Shown piece after piece: positions 16,822 to 23,118 of a stretch of DNA of 38,065 nucleotides (positions within the stretch are counted from its first letter, which is position 1; each line of letters begins with the position of its first letter). The notes beneath the pieces were generated by a model. The model did not search any database. It worked only from the letters and a program-made list of their open reading frames with translations, and was not told where the DNA came from. The stretch comes from a virus (lineage: Duplodnaviria > Caudoviricetes): positions 1 through 38,065 of IMG/VR virus record IMGVR_UViG_3300048835_001034. One strand, given 5' to 3'. Position numbers and translations under genes: made by a program.

Positions 16822-17029
16822 CGGCAAACCCCCCGGAGCCGCTCAGCGGCCCGCTGAGGCGCGTTGGGCGCGTCGGGCCACGTCGGGCCGTGCGGAAGCG
16901 AGAAGGCCCGTTAGCCCCCCGTCAGGATCGCTCCCACGGGCATTTGCGTCCGGTATCGCGACAAGAGGATTGATCGGCGGGCCGTCCGGCCGCATGATGG
17001 ACCCATCCCTCGCCTCCTGACCGCCCGGC

Positions 17030-17073
17030 CGGACCCATGTCCGGACGCAACCGCCTGCGGGCTGTCGCATGGT
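17030..17073 (+). promoter_or_regulatory. Putative activator-dependent late promoter (head/tail operon)
   Basis: CGGAC-N4-GTCCG 17030-17043, ACCGCCTGC 17050-17058, -10-like CATGGT 17068-17073. Confidence 0.6.
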
Positions 17074-17101
17074 CGCTCCAGTCAATCACCTGGACGAGCA
17101 C

Positions 17102-18238
17102 ATGCCGGCGACAGAGCCCACCCGCGCCCGTATCGAAGTCTTCCGCCCCGGCACCTTCCGGCCGATGGGCGGCGAGCCGATCACCTATTCCGCGGCCGAC
17201 CTCAGGGCCATCGCCGACGCCTATGACGCGGAAGGGGCACCGGCCCCGGTTGTCGTCGGCCATCCGGAGGTCGATGCCCCGGCCTTCGGCTGGGTGAAGC
17301 GGTTCGACTTCGACGCCGGCGCGGGACGTCTCTTCGCCGAGCTCGACGAGATCGAGCCGCAGTTCGCCGAGATGGTGAAGGCGGGCCGCTTCCGGAAGGT
17401 CTCGATGGCGTTCTTCTCGCCTCAGGCCTCGCACAACCCCGTGCCCGGCACCTGGTATCCCAAGCACGTGGGCTTCCTCGGTGCGGCCGCGCCAGCGGTC
17501 AGCGGCCTGAAGCCGGCGCGCTTCGCGGGCGAGGCCGATGTGATGTTCGAGGCGGCCTTCGGCGACCGTGGGCTCGAGGAGACCGCGTCGATCCTGCGCC
17601 TGATGCGCGACTTCTTCATCGAAAAGTTCGGGCTCGAGGAGGCCGAGAAGGCCCTTCCGTCGTGGCGCATCGAATGGCTGGGCGAGATCGAGCCCGAGAA
17701 AAACCCGTCGGGCGCGGCCTTCGCGGCGCCCGTGAAACCCACTCCCACCCCCGCTGAAGAGGACCCCGCCGTGACCAACAACGATCCGGCCGCCGATCCG
17801 GCCTTCGCCGCGCGCGAGGCCGAAATCGCCGAGCGCGAGGGGCGCATCGCCGCCCGAGAAGCCCAGCTCGCCCATGCCGACAACCTGGCCTTCGCCGAAA
17901 GGCTTGTCACCGAGGGCCGGCTCCTGCCCGCCTCGAAGGACAGGGCCGTGAGCCTTCTCGACGCGCTGCCGGGCGAGGCGACGGTCGGCTTCGCCGAAGG
18001 CGGCGAGAAGGTCAGCCCGGCCCGGGTGCTGCGCGAGATCCTCGAAGCCCAGCCCAAGGTCGTGAGCTTCGGCAGGACCGACCTGCCCGAGGGCGGCGAG
18101 GGCGCGCGCACCGCGACGTTCTCGGCCGATGGCAAGCCGGTCGATCCCGCCGGGCTCGAGATCCACACGAAGGCGCTCGACTACCAGCGCCAGCACCCCG
18201 GCACGGCCTATCTCGACGCCGTCCGCGCCGTCTCCTGA
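17102..18238 (+). CDS. Prohead protease/scaffold (Mu gpI-like)
   Basis: IEVFRPGTF, APVVVGHP...PAFGWV, GRFRKVSMAFF, HVGFLGAAAPAVSGL; helical C-terminus. Confidence 0.9.
   Translation: MPATEPTRARIEVFRPGTFRPMGGEPITYSAADLRAIADAYDAEGAPAPVVVGHPEVDAPAFGWVKRFDFDAGAGRLFAELDEIEPQFAEMVKAGRFRKVSMAFFSPQASHNPVPGTWYPKHVGFLGAAAPAVSGLKPARFAGEADVMFEAAFGDRGLEETASILRLMRDFFIEKFGLEEAEKALPSWRIEWLGEIEPEKNPSGAAFAAPVKPTPTPAEEDPAVTNNDPAADPAFAAREAEIAEREGRIAAREAQLAHADNLAFAERLVTEGRLLPASKDRAVSLLDALPGEATVGFAEGGEKVSPARVLREILEAQPKVVSFGRTDLPEGGEGARTATFSADGKPVDPAGLEIHTKALDYQRQHPGTAYLDAVRAVS
17771..18238 (+). CDS. Nested in-frame scaffold protein (Mu gpZ-like)
   Basis: GAGGA 17759-17763 then in-frame GTG 17771 after a Pro-rich linker; coiled coil AAREAEIAEREGRIAAREAQ. 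Confidence 0.6.
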   Translation: MTNNDPAADPAFAAREAEIAEREGRIAAREAQLAHADNLAFAERLVTEGRLLPASKDRAVSLLDALPGEATVGFAEGGEKVSPARVLREILEAQPKVVSFGRTDLPEGGEGARTATFSADGKPVDPAGLEIHTKALDYQRQHPGTAYLDAVRAVS

Positions 18239-18248
18239 AGGAGGGACC

Positions 18249-18584
18249 ATGCAGTATTTCCAGGATGTCCTGACGCTCAGCGTCGTCTCTACCGGCACCT
18301 TCGAGGCCTATGACCTCGTGGGCTACAACGGCGCCAAGATCGCGGCGGCCGACGCCGTCGTGCTCGGCGTGGCGAAGAGCCCGGTGACGGTCGTCGGCGA
18401 CATGGCCGCGGTGATGGTGCTCGGCACCGCCCGCGTGAAGGCCGTGGGCGCCATTGCCCAGGGCGCCAAGGTGGTCTCGGCCGCCGCGGGGGGCGTGCAG
18501 ACGGCCGGCGCCGGCGTCAACCCCTTCGCCACCGCGCTCCATGCAGCCGCGGACGGCGAGTTCGTCCAAATCCTCATGCGCTGA
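18249..18584 (+). CDS. Capsid cement/decoration protein (DUF2190-like)
   Basis: 111 aa, Gly/Ala/Val-rich (VLGVA...GDMAAVMVLG...GAIAQGAKV...ALHAAADGEFV); between protease and capsid. Confidence 0.8.
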   Translation: MQYFQDVLTLSVVSTGTFEAYDLVGYNGAKIAAADAVVLGVAKSPVTVVGDMAAVMVLGTARVKAVGAIAQGAKVVSAAAGGVQTAGAGVNPFATALHAAADGEFVQILMR

Positions 18585-18596
18585 AGGACCTGATCT

Positions 18597-19544
18597 ATGG
18601 CCCCCGTCAACACCCGTACCGCCGCCGTCATCGACCCGATCCTGTCGACCCATGCCCGCGGCTACCGCAACCAGGAATTCGTCGCCCCGGCGCTCTTCCC
18701 GCGGGTCACCGTGCCGAACCGGTCGATGCGGGTGATCCGCTTCGGCAAGGAGGCGTTCCGGATGATGAACACCCGCCGCGCCCCTGGCGCCAACAAGAAG
18801 CGCGTCCAGTACGGCTATGCCTCCGACCCGATCAGCCTCGTCCAGGACGCGCTCGAAGGCGTCGTGCCAATCGAGCATCAGGAAGAGGCGATGGCGGTTC
18901 CCGGCATCGACCTCGGCCGCGGCGCGATCAACATGGTGCTCGACGTCGTCGATCTCGGTCTCGAATACGACAGCGCGCAGTTGGCGCGGACGGCCGCGAA
19001 CTACGACGCCAACCACAAGCTGACGCTCACCAGCACCGCGCGGTGGACAAACGCCGCCTCGACGCCGCAGGCGGACGTCCGCGCCGGCCAGGAGGCAATC
19101 CGCCGGTCGATCGGGCGCTATGCGAACACGATGGTGCTCGGGCCGACGGTCTACAACGCCCTGCGCGGCCATGCGGCGATCAAGGACCAGTTCAAGTACA
19201 CCTCGAAGGACAGCATCACGGCCGAGATGCTCGCCGCCTACTTCGACCTCAAGCGGGTGATCGTCGGCAAGTCCGTCTACCTGCCCGAGACCGCGGCCGA
19301 CACCGCGCTTGCCACCGACATCTGGGGCGATGACGCGATCCTCGCCTACGTGCCCGAGACCGGTGACAACTTCCAGGTGCCGTCCTACGGCTACACCTAC
19401 GAGCTGATGGGCTACCCGCAGGTCGAGGCGCCTTATTTCGAGCGATCGAACGACAGCTGGATCTACCCGACCAAAACCGAGCGCAAGCCCTACCTGGTGG
19501 GCGCCGAGGGCGGGTTTCTCTTCACCGACGCCGGCAAGCCGTAA
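18597..19544 (+). CDS. Major capsid protein
   Basis: VIDPILSTHARGYRN...LFPRVTV...FGKEAF...NTMVLG...IWGDDAILAYV...PSYGYTY; 315 aa; position. Confidence 0.88.
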   Translation: MAPVNTRTAAVIDPILSTHARGYRNQEFVAPALFPRVTVPNRSMRVIRFGKEAFRMMNTRRAPGANKKRVQYGYASDPISLVQDALEGVVPIEHQEEAMAVPGIDLGRGAINMVLDVVDLGLEYDSAQLARTAANYDANHKLTLTSTARWTNAASTPQADVRAGQEAIRRSIGRYANTMVLGPTVYNALRGHAAIKDQFKYTSKDSITAEMLAAYFDLKRVIVGKSVYLPETAADTALATDIWGDDAILAYVPETGDNFQVPSYGYTYELMGYPQVEAPYFERSNDSWIYPTKTERKPYLVGAEGGFLFTDAGKP

Positions 19545-19554
19545 GGGGGCAGCA

Positions 19555-19899
19555 ATGGACAAAGTCACCGTCAGGATCGCCAGCCCCGTCAAGATCGGCG
19601 AGGCGGTCCACATGCCGGGCGACGAGGTCGACGTCGATCCCGAGACCGAGGCGATGCTGATGGCGGCCGGCGTGCTTGCCGGCGCCGGCGAGGCCGAACC
19701 TGCCGACCGCCAGGCCGAACCTTCGGCGATGGAGGCGCTGGCCGCGGAGCGCGACGCGATCCTCGCCCGTGCCGAGGCGGCCGAGGCGAGGCTCGCGGCG
19801 TTCGAGGCGGATGCGAGGGAGAAGGCGGCAGCGACCCCCACCCCTGCCGCGCCGGCCAAAGGCACTCCGAAGAAGGGCGCCGCGGCCGCCAAGGGCTGA
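19555..19899 (+). CDS. Head-associated hypothetical protein
   Basis: PVKIGEAVHMPGDEVDV...LMAAGV N-domain and coiled tail, typical of the post-capsid gene. Confidence 0.75.
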   Translation: MDKVTVRIASPVKIGEAVHMPGDEVDVDPETEAMLMAAGVLAGAGEAEPADRQAEPSAMEALAAERDAILARAEAAEARLAAFEADAREKAAATPTPAAPAKGTPKKGAAAAKG

Positions 19900-20085
19900 A
19901 AGGCCCCTCGCGCGGGGCGGCGATGACCCGCCCCGCGCAACCCGAACGCCAGGCGAAAGCCCGGTGCCGATCCGATCCGTGAAACCCGCGAGTGGTGGGA
20001 TCGGGGAGCCGGGCGAGTAGGCCGCCGGGGGCGCTGCCCGGACGCGAACGTCGCAAGGGGGCGTGACAGGCCGGAGAGACGGCCA
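19900..20085 (+). ncRNA. Structured RNA candidate
   Basis: 11-bp hairpin 19910-19938; GGC-GAAA-GCCCGG/CCGGGC-GAGUAG-GCC E-loop-like helix; CCGAUCC/GGAUCGG; final hairpin GGCCG-GAGAGA-CGGCC. Confidence 0.6.
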
Positions 20086-20108
20086 CCACCGTGCCAGGAG
20101 CCCCTATC

Positions 20109-20309
20109 ATGACCACCAAGGTAACCGTTTCCGCCAATCATGGCTGGCCCGTCGACGTGACACCGCTTCCGACGACCGCCGATGGCGCGGTCGGCACCAG
20201 GACGCGTGTGCCCGCCGGTGAAACCCGCGATTTCTTGGTCCACTCCGGCCAGGACCTGCTGATCCACGAAGTCCAGCCGGCCACGATCGCCGCGGAAGCC
20301 GCCGAATGA
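20109..20309 (+). CDS. Small hypothetical protein (66 aa)
   Basis: SD AGGAG 20096-20100; MTTKVTVSANHGWPVDV...; ATGA overlap with gp36. Confidence 0.7.
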   Translation: MTTKVTVSANHGWPVDVTPLPTTADGAVGTRTRVPAGETRDFLVHSGQDLLIHEVQPATIAAEAAE

Positions 20310-20728
20310 GCTACGCCACGCTCACGGACCTGATCGAGCGCGCCGGCGATGCCGAGGTGCGCCAGATCGCCGACCGCGACCGCGACATGATGATCGACCA
20401 GGACGTGGTGGACGCGGCGCTCGTCCATGCCGACAACCTGGTCAATGGCTATCTGGCCGTGAAATACGACGTGCCGCTTGCCGCGGTGCCGGACCTGGTG
20501 CGCACCTGGGCGGTGTCGATCGCGCGCTACATCCTGCACAGGAATGGCGCGCCCGAGCATGTCTCCCAGGACTACAAGGATGCCGTCGCGGCGCTGAAGG
20601 ACGTGGCCGCCGGCCGGATCGCCCTGCCGGTCGCGGCGGGCGCCGAGCCCCTGGCGTCGGCCGGCGGCGAGGTCATGGCATCGCATCCCGACGAGGTCTT
20701 CACCGCCGACCGGCTGAGAGGCTGGTGA
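20306..20728 (+). CDS. Head-tail adaptor (Mu gp36/DUF1320)
   Basis: MSYATLTDLIERAG...VNGYLAVKYDVPL...IARYILH...YKDAVAALKDVAAGRIAL. Confidence 0.9.
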   Translation: MSYATLTDLIERAGDAEVRQIADRDRDMMIDQDVVDAALVHADNLVNGYLAVKYDVPLAAVPDLVRTWAVSIARYILHRNGAPEHVSQDYKDAVAALKDVAAGRIALPVAAGAEPLASAGGEVMASHPDEVFTADRLRGW

Positions 20729-21153
20729 TGCTGGAGCTTGTCGTCGCGCGCCTCAATGACGCCGCACCGGGCCTGACCGCTATCGAGATCGCCGAGGACA
20801 TCGACGCGATGGCCGACCGCGCCGGCATGGTGGAGAGCGGGTCGGTCATCGTCATGCCGCTGCGCGAGGCGGCAGAGCCGAACGTGCTCGCCACCGGCGG
20901 CCATCGGCAGCGGGTGCGGGTGCAGTTCCTTATCGGGATCGTCATCCGCCACTACGACGACGCGATGGGGGCGGAGCGCGCCAAGACGTTCGACACCCTG
21001 AAGACGACCGTGGAAGCCGCGCTGACCGGGTGGGAGCCTGACCCCTACGCCGAGCCCTGCTCGCTGGTCGCCGGCGAAAGCAACCCGGTGACCACGGGTG
21101 TCAGCATCTACGTGCAGACCTGGGAAACCGCCCGTTACCTGACAGGAGTGTGA
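20725..21153 (+). CDS. Tail terminator/neck protein (Mu gp37-like)
   Basis: Position after gp36; VEAALTGWEP motif; 142 aa. Confidence 0.75.
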   Translation: MMLELVVARLNDAAPGLTAIEIAEDIDAMADRAGMVESGSVIVMPLREAAEPNVLATGGHRQRVRVQFLIGIVIRHYDDAMGAERAKTFDTLKTTVEAALTGWEPDPYAEPCSLVAGESNPVTTGVSIYVQTWETARYLTGV

Positions 21154-21156
21154 CGC

Positions 21157-21297
21157 ATGTCCGAGACCTCCCAGCCCCTCCCGTCCGAGGGCGGCAGCTA
21201 CATCCGAACCGGGAAGGGCGAGCTGGTGCCCGCCCCGGTCCATGACGCGCCGGAGCCCGCGAAGGCCCCGCGCAAACCGCCGGTGAAGGAGACGTGA
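21157..21297 (+). CDS. Small protein before tail tube (46 aa; not in ORF track)
   Basis: SD AGGAG, ATG 21157, MSETSQPLPSEGGSYIRTGKGELVP...KET*, stop just before the tube start. Confidence 0.7.
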   Translation: MSETSQPLPSEGGSYIRTGKGELVPAPVHDAPEPAKAPRKPPVKET

Positions 21298-21298
21298 C

Positions 21299-22231
21299 AT
21301 GCCGTTGAAATGGAACCGCAAGGTCCTCCTGGCCAAGATCGAGACCACCTACGGCACCGATGCCGCGCCGACCGGCGGGGCGAATGCGGTGCTGGCAACC
21401 AACGTCCAGCTGAGCCCGATGGAAGGCCAGGACGTGAGCCGGGAGCTGGAGCTGGTCACGCTCGGGGCCCAGCCGACGGTGCCGGTCGAGGTCCACGCCA
21501 AGCTCACCTTCGAGGTCGAGCTGGCGGCCTCGGGCACCGCCGGCACCGCACCCGCCTGGGGATCATTGCTCAGGGCCTGCGCCGTGGCCGAGACGATCGC
21601 GGCCGGCGTGTCGGTGACCTACAACCCGGTGAGCCTCGCCCACGAGAGCGCGACGCTCCATTTCTGGGTCGAGAACACCAGATACGCCCTCGTCGGCGCC
21701 CGCGGCACCGCGGCGATCCGCGTCGAGGCGCAGAAAGTGCCGAAGATCGCCTTCACCTTCACCGGGCTATTCACCGCGCCCGCGGAAGCGGCGCAGGCGA
21801 CGCCGACGCTGACGTCGTGGCAGAAGCCGATCGTCGCCACCAAGGCCAACACGCCGGTCTTCACCCTGAACGCCCAGGCGCTGGTGCTGCGCTCGCTGGA
21901 ACTCGACCTCGCCAACGAGGTGGTGACGCGGTTCCTGATCGGATCGGAAGGAGTGCTGATCACCCAGAAGGCCGAGAAGCTGACGGCGACCGTCGAGGCG
22001 GTGCCGCTGACGACGCTCGACCCCTACGCGCTGGCGCTCGCCCAGACGGCGGTGCCGCTCGTCCTGACCCACGGGGTCGGCGCGGGCAAGGTGGTGACGC
22101 TGAACGTGCCGCTCGCGCAGATCCAGCGCCCGTCGGCGATGGGGCAACAGCAGGGCATCGTCGAATGGCCGCTGAGCCTGGTGCCGCAGGTGAACGCCGG
22201 CAACGACCAGTGGACGCTCACGCTGACCTGA
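21299..22231 (+). CDS. Tail tube (major tail) protein
   Basis: LLAKIETTYGTDAAPTG...ELAASGTAGTAPAWGSLLRAC...GARGT; 310 aa; upstream of chaperones and tape measure. Confidence 0.85.
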   Translation: MPLKWNRKVLLAKIETTYGTDAAPTGGANAVLATNVQLSPMEGQDVSRELELVTLGAQPTVPVEVHAKLTFEVELAASGTAGTAPAWGSLLRACAVAETIAAGVSVTYNPVSLAHESATLHFWVENTRYALVGARGTAAIRVEAQKVPKIAFTFTGLFTAPAEAAQATPTLTSWQKPIVATKANTPVFTLNAQALVLRSLELDLANEVVTRFLIGSEGVLITQKAEKLTATVEAVPLTTLDPYALALAQTAVPLVLTHGVGAGKVVTLNVPLAQIQRPSAMGQQQGIVEWPLSLVPQVNAGNDQWTLTLT

Positions 22232-22242
22232 GGAGGCGACGC

Positions 22243-22443
22243 ATGCCGAGATACACCCCTGACAATACCCGCGGTCGCATGGTCCGCATCACTCTCGATG
22301 GCGAAGAAGTGAAGTGGTGCAGCGAGGCGGATGACGAGCTGGGCTTCGTCGTGGCCGAAGAGATCGTTGGGAAGACCATCAAGCCGGTTCTGCGCACAGG
22401 CGTGGTTGTCGTCAGTTTTCCCGAGGCAGAGCAGGAGATTTGA
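22243..22443 (+). CDS. Small inserted hypothetical protein (66 aa)
   Basis: SD AGGAGG 22231-22236, ATG 22243, stop abuts the chaperone start; more A/T-ending codons than its neighbours. Confidence 0.65.
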   Translation: MPRYTPDNTRGRMVRITLDGEEVKWCSEADDELGFVVAEEIVGKTIKPVLRTGVVVVSFPEAEQEI

Positions 22444-22803
22444 ATGTTCAGGGTGATCGAGGAGCCGCAGTTCGTCGAGGACGTGGCGGTGGAGGTTCCG
22501 GACGGGACCGGCTGGCGGCCGGAGGTGCTCAGGACCCGGTTCCGCGCGCTGAAGGTCTCGGACATCGACACGCTGAACGAGGATGGCGGCGCGGTTGCCG
22601 TTCTCGACCGTGCGGTCGTCGATTTCGAGGACCTGGCCGACGAGGCCGGCAAGCCTGTGCCCGGCGACGGCGAGTGGCGGGCGCGGCTCCTGGAATACCC
22701 GTTCATCCGCGTCGCACTGATCCGCGCCTACTATGCCGCCCAGTCGGGGCTCCGCTCGGGAAACTCCGCGCCTTCGGCCGCGCCTGGGCGCGGGGCGAGC
22801 TGA
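22444..22803 (+). CDS. Tail assembly chaperone (lambda G analogue)
   Basis: Between tube and tape measure; slippery G GGA AAC at 22758-22764. Confidence 0.82.
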   Translation: MFRVIEEPQFVEDVAVEVPDGTGWRPEVLRTRFRALKVSDIDTLNEDGGAVAVLDRAVVDFEDLADEAGKPVPGDGEWRARLLEYPFIRVALIRAYYAAQSGLRSGNSAPSAAPGRGAS

Positions 22804-23105
22804 AGGGGGGGACCCGTGACGAGGCCCGCCGCGATGCAGAGAGGTTCGGTCTGGAGCCCCCGCCGGCCCCGGAGCCCTTCGGCCTCTGGGCGGAGCATCT
22901 CGGGCCGGCGCGCGCCTTCCTTGCCGTCGACACCCAGTGGCGCGTCGCCTCTGGAGGCTTCGGCATGGCGGTGATCGGGCTCGACTACACCGCTGTCAGG
23001 ATCGGGCTCAGGGCGCAGGGGATCCCGCTCGATCCTGACGGCTGGGCGGCACTGAGGCTGATCGAGGCCGGTGCGATCGAGGCGATGAACGAGGCCCGGA
23101 CATGA
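22758..23105 (+). CDS. Tail assembly chaperone -1 frameshift extension (DUF1799-like; GT analogue, fusion 22444-23105)
   Basis: -1 frame reads GKLRAFGRAWARG...FLAVDTQWRV...GLDYTAV...LRLIEAGAIEAMNE. Confidence 0.82.
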   Translation, partial: GKLRAFGRAWARGELKGGTRDEARRDAERFGLEPPPAPEPFGLWAEHLGPARAFLAVDTQWRVASGGFGMAVIGLDYTAVRIGLRAQGIPLDPDGWAALRLIEAGAIEAMNEART

Positions 23106-23118
23106 ACTGGAGCCGTCC

